DNA from: Candidatus Saccharimonadia bacterium
Lineage (GTDB): Bacteria > Patescibacteriota > Saccharimonadia > UBA4664
NCBI GenBank assembly: GCA_035544015.1
Contig: DATKIP010000093.1
Span: 129,156-193,155, forward strand
Reading direction: 5' to 3'
DNA: 64,000 nucleotides
Of the stretch, positions 1 to 12,650 are shown piece by piece; position 1 is the stretch's first letter; every line of letters starts with the position of its first letter. The position numbers were made by a program, and so were the translations under genes. The notes under the pieces are model-generated. The model ran no database searches. It was not told the origin of the DNA and saw nothing but the letters and a program-made list of their open reading frames with translations.

Positions 1-1374
<1,374 letters not shown>

Positions 1375-1388
1375 CATTTAGGACCGTT

Positions 1389-1805
1389 ATGCCTACCATC
1401 AACCAATTGCTGCGCAAGCCCCGTAAGGACCCGAAGAAAAAGTCGGATACCCCTGCGCTCGGCCGCATCCAGAACTCTCTGAAGAACCGCACCTACAACC
1501 TCAATTCGCCGTTCATGCGCGGCGTGTGTGTGAAGGTGTCCACCCAGACCCCGAAGAAGCCAAACTCGGCCTTGCGTAAGATCGCCCGCGTGCGTCTTAC
1601 CAACGGCATGGAAGTCACGGCCTACATCCCCGGCATCGGCCACAACCTGCAAGAGCACTCCGTCGTGCTCATCCGCGGCGGCCGCGTGAAGGACCTTCCG
1701 GGTGTGCGCTACCACATCATCCGCGGAGCGCTCGACACCGCCGGTGTCGCCAAGCGCGCCCAAGGCCGCAGCAAGTACGGCGCCAAGAAACCCAAAGCCG
1801 CTTAA
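1389..1805 (+). CDS. rpsL: 30S ribosomal protein S12
   Basis: [30 protein letters not shown]. Confidence 0.99.
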   Translation: MPTINQLLRKPRKDPKKKSDTPALGRIQNSLKNRTYNLNSPFMRGVCVKVSTQTPKKPNSALRKIARVRLTNGMEVTAYIPGIGHNLQEHSVVLIRGGRVKDLPGVRYHIIRGALDTAGVAKRAQGRSKYGAKKPKAA

Positions 1806-1875
1806 CTATTAATCCAAGCATCAACCGCCCGGCTGGTCCGGAACCAAGCGGTAGTATCTCAAAGGAGAGAAGCCA

Positions 1876-2352
1876 ATGCCCCGCAAGAAAACCAAGTCCT
1901 TCAAGCGCGTCGTCGACGCCGACCTCAAATACAACAACGTCATGGTCACCAAGCTCATCAACAAAGTGATGCGCGACGGTAAAAAGCGCCTCGCCGAGAC
2001 GCTGGTATACGATGCCCTCGAAACCGCCGAAACCAAAGCCAAGCAGCCCGCCCTCGAGATCTTCGATACTGCCATCAAAAATGTCGCCCCGGCCGTACAG
2101 GTGAAAGCCAAGCGCATCGGTGGCGCCACCTACCAGGTCCCCATGGAAGTCCGCGGCGACCGCAAAGTCCACTTGGCCATGACCTGGATCCTGGCCGCCG
2201 CCCGCACCAAAAGCGGCAAAGCCTTCGACCAGCGCCTCGCCGATGAACTCATGAATGCCGCCAACAACACCGGCGACGCCGTCAAAAAGCGCGAAGACAC
2301 CCACCGCATGGCCGAAGCCAACAAGGCCTTTGCCCACTTCGCCCGCTACTAA
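1876..2352 (+). CDS. rpsG: 30S ribosomal protein S7
   Basis: RIGGATYQVP, HRMAEANKAFAHF; SD aaggag. Confidence 0.99.
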   Translation: MPRKKTKSFKRVVDADLKYNNVMVTKLINKVMRDGKKRLAETLVYDALETAETKAKQPALEIFDTAIKNVAPAVQVKAKRIGGATYQVPMEVRGDRKVHLAMTWILAAARTKSGKAFDQRLADELMNAANNTGDAVKKREDTHRMAEANKAFAHFARY

Positions 2353-2382
2353 GCCTCCAGCTTAAGTGCTATGCTTAAGGCC

Positions 2383-2814
2383 ATGAAGTCTGCGCGCCTT
2401 AGCGACACCACCTATGCCCTCCGGCTCGAGCGCGGTGACGACATCCATACCGTCGTCCAGGAATTTTGCGCCGAGCATACCATCGCCAACGCCTCGCTCA
2501 CCGGCATCGGCTCAATCGAAAACCCCAAGCTAGCTTACTACTCCATCGAGACCAAGCAATTCACCGAACGCCCCCTCGACGGCATCTTCGAGGTCACGAG
2601 CCTGCTCGGCAACGTTGGTCTACTCGAAGGTAAACCGCTCAACCACGTACACGTCACCCTGTCCGACTCGCTCATGCAGGTCTACGGCGGCCACCTCGTG
2701 AGCGGCGCCTGCTCGGCTACGCTCGAAATCTTTCTGCACCAGTACGCCACCAGCTTTGGCAAACAGTTCGACGATGCTATCGGCCTCAATGTTTGGGATT
2801 TCGGCTCCCATTAA
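2383..2814 (+). CDS. PPC domain (DUF296) protein
   Basis: LRLERGDD, GIGS, FEVTSLLGN, HVHVTLSD, YGGHL; start chosen 7 nt after TATGCT -10 box. Confidence 0.9.
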   Translation: MKSARLSDTTYALRLERGDDIHTVVQEFCAEHTIANASLTGIGSIENPKLAYYSIETKQFTERPLDGIFEVTSLLGNVGLLEGKPLNHVHVTLSDSLMQVYGGHLVSGACSATLEIFLHQYATSFGKQFDDAIGLNVWDFGSH

Positions 2815-2849
2815 AATATTACCCCGGATGGGATTTCCGACCTAAACCC

Positions 2850-2952
2850 ACTACTCCATTTTACGGAATAGTCGCACAATATTGAAGAATAATACCCGTA
2901 CAAAGCCTTAATTCAGTTATACGCCAACAACTATTCCAAAAGGTGGAATAGT
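2850..2952. promoter_or_regulatory. Two copies of a 23-bp imperfect palindrome, candidate operator sites
   Basis: actactccattttacggaatagt (2850-2872) and actattccaaaaggtggaatagt (2930-2952) in an AT-rich intergenic region. Confidence 0.55.
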
Positions 2953-3014
2953 ACTCCTGCGGCCACAACCCAAGCAGTAACGGCCGCGCGAAGTCCCCCT
3001 CTATAAGGAAATTC

Positions 3015-4667
3015 ATGCTCATCAATCTCCAAAACATCGGCAAAACCATCGGCGCCAAGACGCTCTACGCCAACCTCGACCTCACCATCCAGGCGGGAGA
3101 AAAGATCGGCCTCATCGGCCGCAACGGCATCGGAAAAACCACCCTGCTGGGCATCATGGACGGTACCGACTCGAGCTTCACCGGCAGCCTAGAAACCCGG
3201 CGCGGCCTGGTGGTTGCCTCCACCGCCCAAGAGCACCACGCGGTGGCCGACCAGCCGGTGCTGGAATACGTGCTCGAAAACCTCCCCGAGTACAAGCAGC
3301 TCAAGCACATCATTGACGCCTACCCGGAGACGATGGGGGAGGACATGGCCATGATTTCTGCCTACTCCGACGCGTTAAGCCGCTTCGGCGAGCTGGGCTA
3401 CTACGATATCGAGCAGCGCGCCCGCCAGGAGCTCGAAGACTTCCAGCTGCCGGCCGCCCGCATCGACGGCCCCATGCGCACGCTCTCAGGCGGCCAAAAG
3501 CGCTTCGTGGAACTCGTGAAGGTCACGCTGGCCGACGCCGACCTCGCGCTCATCGACGAGCCCACCAACCACATGGACTACATCGCCAAAGAGGCCTTCA
3601 TCGAATGGCTCGAAGCTGCTAAGCAGGCTGTGGTGGTCATCACCCACGACCGCGATGTGCTGGCCGTAGTCGACCGCATCGTTGAAATCAAAGACAAAGG
3701 CACGGTCAGCTTCGACGGCGACTACGAAAACTACCTCAAGCAAAACGGCCGCACCACCATGAACGCTATGGAGCAGTACGAATTTGACCAGCGCACCCTG
3801 TCTAACCTGCACAACCAGGTGATGGAGGCTCGGCGCAAGAAAAACAAAGCTGCCGGCCCCAGTGCTGTGCGGTTTCGCATTATGGAAGACCGCCTGGCGC
3901 GCCAATATAGCGAGCTCAAAAGCCGCATCGTAAAGCCGTCGTTTTGGATTGATTCCGAGCAGCTCGACACCATGCAAAACAAAATGGTCGAAAAATACGA
4001 CAAATACAAAGCCAAAAACATTCGCATTCACACCAAGGAAATCACCGAAGGCCAGCGTGTGCTCGTAGACGTCGAGAACCTCTCGCTCGGCTACGATCAA
4101 CCCTTGTTTGCCGGCATCAACCTTCACCTCCGCCAGGGCGAGCGCATCGAGCTCAAGGGCCGCAACGGCGTCGGTAAATCCACGTTCGTGAAGGCCATCC
4201 TCTCGACGGCCGGCAGCACCAAGCTTGGCTCCCAGATTTTCGGCGGCCATATCATTCTCGATCCCAAGATCAAAATCGGCGTCTACGAGCAAGAAATTGA
4301 CGCCAAATACCTCAGTATGCCCCTCGGTCAGGCCGTCATGAATACCTATCTCGAGCAAGATGTGCCAGCCAGCGACCAAAAAGTCCGCCAGATTTTATCC
4401 GACTATCTATTTGATCCCCAGCTCGACGCGCAGCTGCCCATCGAGCGCCTCTCTGGCGGCCAAAAAGCCCGCTTCCAGCTCATCAAAATGCTCTGCGCCG
4501 GTCCCAACCTGCTCATTCTCGACGAGCCCACCAACCACCTCGACCTTCCGAGTATCGAAGAACTCGAAAAAGCCCTCGACCGCTATACCGGCGCGGTGCT
4601 CTACATTTCGCACGATAGCTATTTCACCCGCGGTGTGGGTGGGGAAGTTATTGAAGTTGCGCCTTAA
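3015..4667 (+). CDS. ABC-F family ATPase
   Basis: Two NBDs (GRNGIGKT, GRNGVGKS), two LSGGQK signatures, two DEPTNH motifs, no TM segments. Confidence 0.93.
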   Translation: MLINLQNIGKTIGAKTLYANLDLTIQAGEKIGLIGRNGIGKTTLLGIMDGTDSSFTGSLETRRGLVVASTAQEHHAVADQPVLEYVLENLPEYKQLKHIIDAYPETMGEDMAMISAYSDALSRFGELGYYDIEQRARQELEDFQLPAARIDGPMRTLSGGQKRFVELVKVTLADADLALIDEPTNHMDYIAKEAFIEWLEAAKQAVVVITHDRDVLAVVDRIVEIKDKGTVSFDGDYENYLKQNGRTTMNAMEQYEFDQRTLSNLHNQVMEARRKKNKAAGPSAVRFRIMEDRLARQYSELKSRIVKPSFWIDSEQLDTMQNKMVEKYDKYKAKNIRIHTKEITEGQRVLVDVENLSLGYDQPLFAGINLHLRQGERIELKGRNGVGKSTFVKAILSTAGSTKLGSQIFGGHIILDPKIKIGVYEQEIDAKYLSMPLGQAVMNTYLEQDVPASDQKVRQILSDYLFDPQLDAQLPIERLSGGQKARFQLIKMLCAGPNLLILDEPTNHLDLPSIEELEKALDRYTGAVLYISHDSYFTRGVGGEVIEVAP

Positions 4668-4863
4668 GCTGGCGGATATCCGCGGAACTTTGTTTAACCA
4701 GGCTCTTAATGACCGTTAAATCCAGTTCAACTCCATCCATCCGGTCTTCCAATCTGCCCAACCGCAGCCGCATATCTGGAATGTCTTTCACATATTCCAA
4801 AATAGCATCAAACTTACCGTTCATTTCCTCAAACAAAACCAAAATACGCGCAGGTTCTTTCAT
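4648..4863 (-). CDS. Small coiled-coil hypothetical protein
   Basis: Heptad-like LGRLEDRMDGVELDLTVIK; SD-like gggga before ATG. Confidence 0.6.
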   Translation of the reverse strand: MKEPARILVLFEEMNGKFDAILEYVKDIPDMRLRLGRLEDRMDGVELDLTVIKSLVKQSSADIRQLKAQLQ

Positions 4864-4963
4864 ATCATCCCCATTTGTTCCTAGTTTACCAACTCTGCCC
4901 GCCAAATATACCGAACAAAATACGAAAATACAATATTAATTTCAATCGGATATAATAAGCTCA

Positions 4964-5554
4964 ATGAGAACTATTTTACCTGCCAAACACCGCCTCATCC
5001 CCAGCCAAGCCAAGCGCGTCTTCCAGGGCCAAATTTATGACGTCTACCAATGGCCGCAGGAGATGTTCGACGGCTCCACGGCCACCTTCGAAATGCTCAA
5101 GCGGCCCGACACGATTCAAATTATGGCCGTCAAAGACCACAAACTCGTGGTGCTCGAGGAGCAGCAGCCGAGCATGGGGCCGGCCTTTTACGGCCTGCCC
5201 GGGGGCCGCCACGACAATCCCGCCGAAACCGAGCTCGACGCCGCCAAGCGCGAGCTGCTCGAAGAGACCGGCATGACATTCACCAACTGGCGCCTCATTG
5301 AGGTCACCCAGCCGCACTCCAAAATCGACTGGATGGTGTATTTGTATCTGGCTACGGATTTCGAATCGCAGGGGCCGATCCACCTCGATGCCGGCGAGAA
5401 AATCGAGGTAAGTCTCATGGATTATTCGCAGGTACTGGGCCTGGCCAAAGACGATTCCGTGCGCAGCCTGCCGTTCGAGATTCTCCAAACCGCCGGCTCC
5501 CTCGATGGCTTGACGAAACTACCCCAATTTGGCGTGGTAAACTCGAAGCTATGA
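4964..5554 (+). CDS. NUDIX hydrolase
   Basis: Nudix box PGG..D..ETELDAAKRELLEETG. Confidence 0.93.
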   Translation: MRTILPAKHRLIPSQAKRVFQGQIYDVYQWPQEMFDGSTATFEMLKRPDTIQIMAVKDHKLVVLEEQQPSMGPAFYGLPGGRHDNPAETELDAAKRELLEETGMTFTNWRLIEVTQPHSKIDWMVYLYLATDFESQGPIHLDAGEKIEVSLMDYSQVLGLAKDDSVRSLPFEILQTAGSLDGLTKLPQFGVVNSKL

Positions 5555-6966
5555 CGGGCCACCTCTATTTCATCGGCATCGCCGGCCACACCATGCGCGG
5601 CCTCGCGCTGGCCGCCCGCGACAACGGCTACACAGTGACCGGCCTCGACCCGAGCGCCGTGCCCCCCGGCAGCACCTGGCTCGACGAGCACGGCTTCGAC
5701 TGGGCGGCCGAGTACGAACCGGCGCAGCTCAAGGGCGTCACGGCCGTCATTGTCACCGGGGCGCACGTCAGCGCCGACGCGCCGGTGATCGTTGAGGCCC
5801 GCGAACGCGGCATTCCGGTGCAATCGTACGCCGAATTCTTCGGCCACCTCACCGCCCGCGCCCGCGTGATCGCCGTGGCCGGCACCCACGGCAAAACCAC
5901 CACCACGGCGCTCATCGCGTGGTTGTTCGAATCGGCCGGCCGCCGGCCCGATTACCTCATCGGCATTCAGCCGTTTAACTTTGCCACCAGCGTGCGCTTC
6001 GCCGGCGCCGCTGACGTCGTGGTGGAAGCCGATGAGTACCAGGCTTCGGCGCTCGATACGCGCTCCAAGGCCGAATATTACCACCCCGACATTCTCGTGC
6101 TCACCTCGGTGGAGCACGATCACCCCGACCTGTTTCCTGATCTCGCCTCGGTGGAGGCGCGGTTTGCCAAAATCGTGGCGGCCGTACCCTCCTCGGGCGC
6201 CGTTATTGCCTGTGCCGAGGCCAAAAACACCGTGCTCATCGCCTCCGGGACGTCCGCGTCGCTCGCCACCTACGGCTTCAAAACCGGCGATTTCCACGCC
6301 CGCAACATCGCTTATTTGCCCCAAGGCCTCGAGCTCGAGGTGGAGCACGACGGCGAGGTGCTCGGCCACCTGGCCGTATCGCTCTATGGCAAGCACAACG
6401 CGCTCAATACTCTCGCTGCCGTGGCCGCCGCCCTCCAGGCCGGCTTGAGCTTCGATCAAATCCTGGCCGGCGTCGCCTCGTTCAAGGGCGCCTACCGCCG
6501 CTTTAACCTCATCACCCCGGCCGAAGCCGATATCACCGTCGTCGATGATTACGCCCACCACCCCACCGAAGTCGCTACCACCATCGAGGCCGCCAAATTG
6601 CATTTTCCTGGCCGCCGCATCGTGGTAATTTTCCGCCCGCACACCTACTCGCGTACCAAAGCCCTGCTCCGCGACTACCAGGGCGCTTTCGGCCAGGCCA
6701 ACATCGCCTACATCACCGACATCGAAGGCGCGCGCGAAGCCGGCACTCAGACCACCGTGAGCGGCCGCGACATCTCGGGCGCCCTCAAAATCCCCGCCCA
6801 CTACGAGCCCGATCGCACTCAGCTCGCCACGCGGGTAGTCTCAGATGCCAAGCCGGGAGACGTTATCCTCTGTCTCACCGTCTCCGGCTACGACGATCTG
6901 GCCGAAGAGCTCGCCCACAACACGACGAAGCCCGCCACCGACGAGGGTGGTGGGCTTCGTCGGTAA
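5551..6966 (+). CDS. murC: Mur ligase (MurC/Mpl type)
   Basis: FIGIAG..MRGLA, AGTHGKTTT, VEADEY, DDYAHHPTE, FRPHTYSRT. Confidence 0.85.
   Translation: MTGHLYFIGIAGHTMRGLALAARDNGYTVTGLDPSAVPPGSTWLDEHGFDWAAEYEPAQLKGVTAVIVTGAHVSADAPVIVEARERGIPVQSYAEFFGHLTARARVIAVAGTHGKTTTTALIAWLFESAGRRPDYLIGIQPFNFATSVRFAGAADVVVEADEYQASALDTRSKAEYYHPDILVLTSVEHDHPDLFPDLASVEARFAKIVAAVPSSGAVIACAEAKNTVLIASGTSASLATYGFKTGDFHARNIAYLPQGLELEVEHDGEVLGHLAVSLYGKHNALNTLAAVAAALQAGLSFDQILAGVASFKGAYRRFNLITPAEADITVVDDYAHHPTEVATTIEAAKLHFPGRRIVVIFRPHTYSRTKALLRDYQGAFGQANIAYITDIEGAREAGTQTTVSGRDISGALKIPAHYEPDRTQLATRVVSDAKPGDVILCLTVSGYDDLAEELAHNTTKPATDEGGGLRR
6923..6962 (-). terminator. Long GC-rich hairpin 3' of the gdh-like gene, no U-tract, overlapping the murC 3' end
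   Basis: cgacgaagcccgccacc / ggtggtgggcttcgtcg inverted repeat. Confidence 0.7.
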
Positions 6967-6992
6967 CGGGCAGTGATGTAGTGATCGTGTAG

Positions 6993-8357
6993 CTAGGCCG
7001 CCAGGCGGTTGTGGGACTCGAGGAGCCGCACCATGCCGTAGGCCGGGCCTGCGAGGGTCGACGTGAGGTCTGGCGTGCGGCGCCATAGCTCGAACATGCC
7101 CCTCAGATCGGCCAGTGCCGTCGCTTCGGCTTGCGCCAACACCTCCCGCTGCGTTGGCGGAGCCAAGCGAGTCGCGCCGGCCGGCCGGAGGTTGTACTCC
7201 AGCTCCATGGCCGACACATCCATCCCGCCGGACCCACAGAGGATGCCCGAGAGCACGTCCACATTCGGCTTGGTAGCCAGAACCTGAGCGGCGCCATAGG
7301 TCACCCCGAAGTTCGACGGTTCGGCCACGATGCGGGCGTTCACCCGGTGTGCGTTGCCGTCGTTGACGGCCATTTCGCCGGCCGCCAGCACGAGGGCCGT
7401 GGTATTGGCCCCGATGACATCAGCCGAGGCGAAGGGCTCGCCGCCGGGGAATGTGCTGAGCGGGTTGCGATCGCGCATCCAGCTCAGGAGCTCCTCTACA
7501 TTGAGACCGTTCGGGTCGAACCGGCCGCCATCCACCTCGGCGACCATGGGGATGCGCCAGCCGAGCTCGTTCAGCCGATAGGCCAGATGCCACCCGACCT
7601 TGCCGAGACCCTGGATGGCCGCCGTCCGGTTGGAGCGCGGAATGCCGAGCAAGTCGGCAAACCGGTCCAGCAGTACGGCACACACGTGGCCGGTGCTTTG
7701 GGGTCGCCCCTCGTATCCTCCCAGTCCCAGCGGCTGGCCGGTGACCAGCGCGAAGGGGTATTCGGGGTAGTGGTCTTGGATCGCGCACCGGTAGGCATCC
7801 ATCTCCCACTCCCCGGTGCCCATGTCGGGCGCCGGAACGTCGTTGAGCGGACCGGCGATGCCGAGCTCGTGCATCTTGAGCGCGAAGCCCGCCATCAGCC
7901 GCTGCCTTTCGGCGGGCGAGAGCGTCAGCGGGTCGACCTCCACGCCACCCTTGGCGCCGTAGAACGGCCGTCCGCGAGCGGCGCACTTGAACATCATGAG
8001 AATCGCCAGGGCGGCGGCCTCGTAGCGGTCCATCACCGCCGCGAACTTCAGGCCGCCCTTCACGGCCCATCGGTTGAGTCCGGAGGCGTCCGCGAAGGCG
8101 CCGGGGCGGCACCACACACGGAACGCGTTGTACCGTTGCACGGAGCCGTTGTCGCGGTGGAGCGTCACGGTGAACTCGTACACCAGGAAGTGTCCGAGCA
8201 CGAACTGCGCTTGCTCCGAGGTGAGTCCGAGGGCCGTGAGGGCGCACACGAGCATGGCGCGCACTTCGTTGAGGAACCTCCAGCCGTGAGTGCGGGTGCT
8301 GGGTCGTTCGAGTAGTTCGCCCAGCGTCGTTGCTGTGACCGAGTCGGTGGCCGTCAT
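6993..8357 (-). CDS. Divergent Glu/Leu/Phe/Val dehydrogenase (GdhA-like)
   Basis: KGGLKF, KCA, GAKGGV, DVPAPDMGT, QGLGKVG; TTGACA-17-TAGCTT promoter and SD aggag upstream. Confidence 0.88.
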   Translation of the reverse strand: MTATDSVTATTLGELLERPSTRTHGWRFLNEVRAMLVCALTALGLTSEQAQFVLGHFLVYEFTVTLHRDNGSVQRYNAFRVWCRPGAFADASGLNRWAVKGGLKFAAVMDRYEAAALAILMMFKCAARGRPFYGAKGGVEVDPLTLSPAERQRLMAGFALKMHELGIAGPLNDVPAPDMGTGEWEMDAYRCAIQDHYPEYPFALVTGQPLGLGGYEGRPQSTGHVCAVLLDRFADLLGIPRSNRTAAIQGLGKVGWHLAYRLNELGWRIPMVAEVDGGRFDPNGLNVEELLSWMRDRNPLSTFPGGEPFASADVIGANTTALVLAAGEMAVNDGNAHRVNARIVAEPSNFGVTYGAAQVLATKPNVDVLSGILCGSGGMDVSAMELEYNLRPAGATRLAPPTQREVLAQAEATALADLRGMFELWRRTPDLTSTLAGPAYGMVRLLESHNRLAA

Positions 8358-8503
8358 GTCAAGCTCCTGGTCCAGGCCGTTGGGAAGTTAGGCCGAGATT
8401 AAGCTACGCCTATCTGGAAAAAGTGTCAATAAAAAGGCCTCATTGGCGCTCAAATATTATCATTTCGCACAAATGTATCTGGTCCCGCCCCCGCACAGAT
8501 AGC

Positions 8504-8532
8504 TTGAAAAATTCGGCCACAACCAGTACAAT
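8504..8532 (+). promoter_or_regulatory. sigma70-type promoter for fusA
   Basis: TTGAAA-17 nt-TACAAT. Confidence 0.7.
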
Positions 8533-8603
8533 GATTGCAACCAGTGCGCACTGCGCTGTTTTGTTTTGCGCACACATAACTATAAGAGGAATTAACCACC
8601 CCC

Positions 8604-10694
<2,091 letters not shown>

Positions 10695-10711
10695 GCCTCA
10701 CCCACAATTTC

Positions 10712-10741
10712 CTTAAAAAGGCCCGCCAGGGCCTTTTTAAG
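10712..10741 (+). terminator. Intrinsic terminator after fusA
   Basis: cttaaaaaggccc-gcca-gggcctttttaag. Confidence 0.8.
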
Positions 10742-10861
10742 TTCGCCCCAATGTGATATAAAAGGCGGCGTGCCATAACAGCACGCACCTGTCCGCTCCA
10801 GTGCGAGAAGGAGACCAGTCATGAGTCCCGAACTTCCCCGCCCACCCCGGGCGGGCCAACG

Positions 10862-11440
10862 GTGAAGAAACTCGTACACTGGGTGAGTGTGGCCGCGTTC
10901 GCGGGAATGTCGGTGATCGTGCTCAGCAACGCGGTCACGCAGGGTCCCCCCAACACGGCCGTCTCTCCCCACGCCCTCCAGCTCGTGACCGGCAGTGGGA
11001 ATATCCTTGCCGTCAAGGTTATCCCGAACGGCTGCAGCTTTGAGCTGGTCGCGCCGAACGACGATACCCAGCTCGGCTGGCAGAACTTCACCGGCGTCGC
11101 CGCTCGCAAGCTGTGCCGCCCGTCCGCAGCCATCCGGGGCTCCCGCGTTTTTCCGGACAACTATGAAATTTCGACCGACCACCAGTTGGCCGTGTACTAC
11201 CGAGTCGTCGCCCGCCTCATGAAGGTGGAGGAATTCGATCAGTACAAGGGCACCTCGGACACCTATTGCACCATCACCTACCGTGGCCTCACTCCCGCCG
11301 CCGCCAAGGACTTCCCCAGCGTGCCGCTGGTACAGGACAAACAAACCTGCAAGAACATCCCGGAGGAAGGAATCGCCGCAATTACCGTGAAGACAGACAG
11401 CGTCCCGGCCACAGACGCGCACCTGGACGCGCACCTATGA
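10862..11440 (+). CDS. Exported or membrane-anchored hypothetical protein, 4 Cys; possibly two diverged copies of the family-A domain
   Basis: N-terminal hydrophobic segment; CSFELVAP..W..C resembles CRFELAP..W..C of the next ORF. Confidence 0.7.
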   Translation: MKKLVHWVSVAAFAGMSVIVLSNAVTQGPPNTAVSPHALQLVTGSGNILAVKVIPNGCSFELVAPNDDTQLGWQNFTGVAARKLCRPSAAIRGSRVFPDNYEISTDHQLAVYYRVVARLMKVEEFDQYKGTSDTYCTITYRGLTPAAAKDFPSVPLVQDKQTCKNIPEEGIAAITVKTDSVPATDAHLDAHL

Positions 11441-11775
11441 GCAGGGATAGCTCGAGAGCAAAGGCGGGAATCTGGGTCAAGTTTGGGATCGGCATCGCGG
11501 CATTCTTGACCCTGCAATTCATCCTGCCGTCCACGATAGGAACCATGCCGCTCATACCCCGGACGTACGAGCACGGAACAGTCGTCGTCGCCGAACATCC
11601 CAAGCCGAGTACCTGCCGGTTTGAGCTGGCGCCCACCGGCGAGAAGCCGCACCATTGGACCGATGTCCTCAGCGGTGGAACGTGTCAGTCCCTCCGCGTC
11701 GGTTCGCACTATAAGCTGAAAACCGGATGGAACTTCACCATATTCCACACGTCTGAACGGATAGAGGGCACGTAA
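11437..11775 (+). CDS. Small membrane-anchored protein, family A (EHP-TC motif)
   Basis: ATGA overlap with previous ORF; TM then YEHGTVVVAEHPKPSTC...C...G.HY. Confidence 0.8.
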   Translation: MSRDSSRAKAGIWVKFGIGIAAFLTLQFILPSTIGTMPLIPRTYEHGTVVVAEHPKPSTCRFELAPTGEKPHHWTDVLSGGTCQSLRVGSHYKLKTGWNFTIFHTSERIEGT

Positions 11776-11789
11776 GCCACCGGTCTCAT

Positions 11790-11863
11790 CCCAAAAGACG
11801 GGGCCCTGGGCACGAACCCAGGGCCCACCCGCGATTTAGCGACAGCTAGATCGCGTTTTTGCT
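11790..11863 (+). repeat. Double-hairpin 3' element, copy 1 (GC hairpin plus U-tailed terminator)
   Basis: gggccctggg/cccagggccc then cgcgatttagc-gaca-gctagatcgcg-ttttt; second copy at 12498-12571. Confidence 0.85.
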
Positions 11864-11908
11864 GTATAATGACCGCGTCCAGTCCACAGCGCGTTCGCGG
11901 GGGCGACC

Positions 11909-12178
11909 ATGCTAGTACGAAGAGTAGTAACGGCCATAATCTTAGTGCCGCCAACGTTCGTATTTGTGCTCACAGGCCTGCAGCACGTCACCAAAGAAAC
12001 CGGCACCGTCGTCACGATCGAACACCCCACGCCCACCACCTGCCAAATGGTGGTGGAACCCGATCACGGCAGCCGTCACCGGACGATCGTGTACCCGCGG
12101 GACGTCTGCGATCGGTTCTACCTTGGGCAAAATTACGCCCTGCACCTTGACGACCAGATCGTCCCGACCCATCCGTAA
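11909..12178 (+). CDS. Small membrane-anchored protein, family A
   Basis: TM then ETGTVVTIEHPTPTTC...C..F..G.NY; TATAAT and gggg SD upstream. Confidence 0.8.
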   Translation: MLVRRVVTAIILVPPTFVFVLTGLQHVTKETGTVVTIEHPTPTTCQMVVEPDHGSRHRTIVYPRDVCDRFYLGQNYALHLDDQIVPTHP

Positions 12179-12209
12179 GAGCATCCTCTACCACACCCCG
12201 GGAGGGGCA

Positions 12210-12485
12210 ATGAAGCTTAGAGCAGTCGTAGCCGGAGTCGCATTGGCGATCGGTATAGGCTTCGCGGTGGCACATACTCCACCCGAGCACCGATATGAGC
12301 GCGGGAAGGTGGAAACCATCGAGCACCCGACCCGGGCGCCCAGCACCTGCCGGATGCTGCTCCGGCCCAATGACAACCCCAGCCATCCCTACTGGACGCC
12401 GGTGTACGCCGACGGCCACTTCTGCGATGCGTTCAAGGAAGGCGGCCCCTACATCCTGCTCATCAACGCTCTCAAGCCGCAGTGA
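12210..12485 (+). CDS. Small exported protein, family A
   Basis: SD ggagg; signal-like N-terminus then YERGKVETIEHPTRAPSTC...W...C..F..G.PY. Confidence 0.82.
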   Translation: MKLRAVVAGVALAIGIGFAVAHTPPEHRYERGKVETIEHPTRAPSTCRMLLRPNDNPSHPYWTPVYADGHFCDAFKEGGPYILLINALKPQ

Positions 12486-12497
12486 GCAGCGGCATCA

Positions 12498-12571
12498 CCC
12501 AAAGAGGGGGTCCGAGGGCAAAACCGCCTTGGACCCGCGCGATTTAGCCTAAGCTAGATCGCGTTTTTGCT
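12498..12571 (+). repeat. Double-hairpin 3' element, copy 2
   Basis: gggtccgagggc/gccttggaccc then cgcgatttagc-ctaa-gctagatcgcg-ttttt. Confidence 0.85.
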
Positions 12572-12650
12572 TATAAATCCAGGTTAGGGCGATAGCCCCA
12601 CCTCCAAAAGTCAGGGCCATCGCCGGCCAGTCTCGGTAGTTTGGCGCTAC

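Noticed and set aside
7131-8315. 394-aa ORF antisense to the gdh-like gene
   Set aside because: Shadow ORF typical of high-GC DNA; the minus-strand ORF has the family motifs, promoter and SD.
11414-11436. Tandem gacgcgcacct (DAHL-DAHL) at the end of the 10862 ORF
   Set aside because: A single short duplication, too small to support a mechanism.
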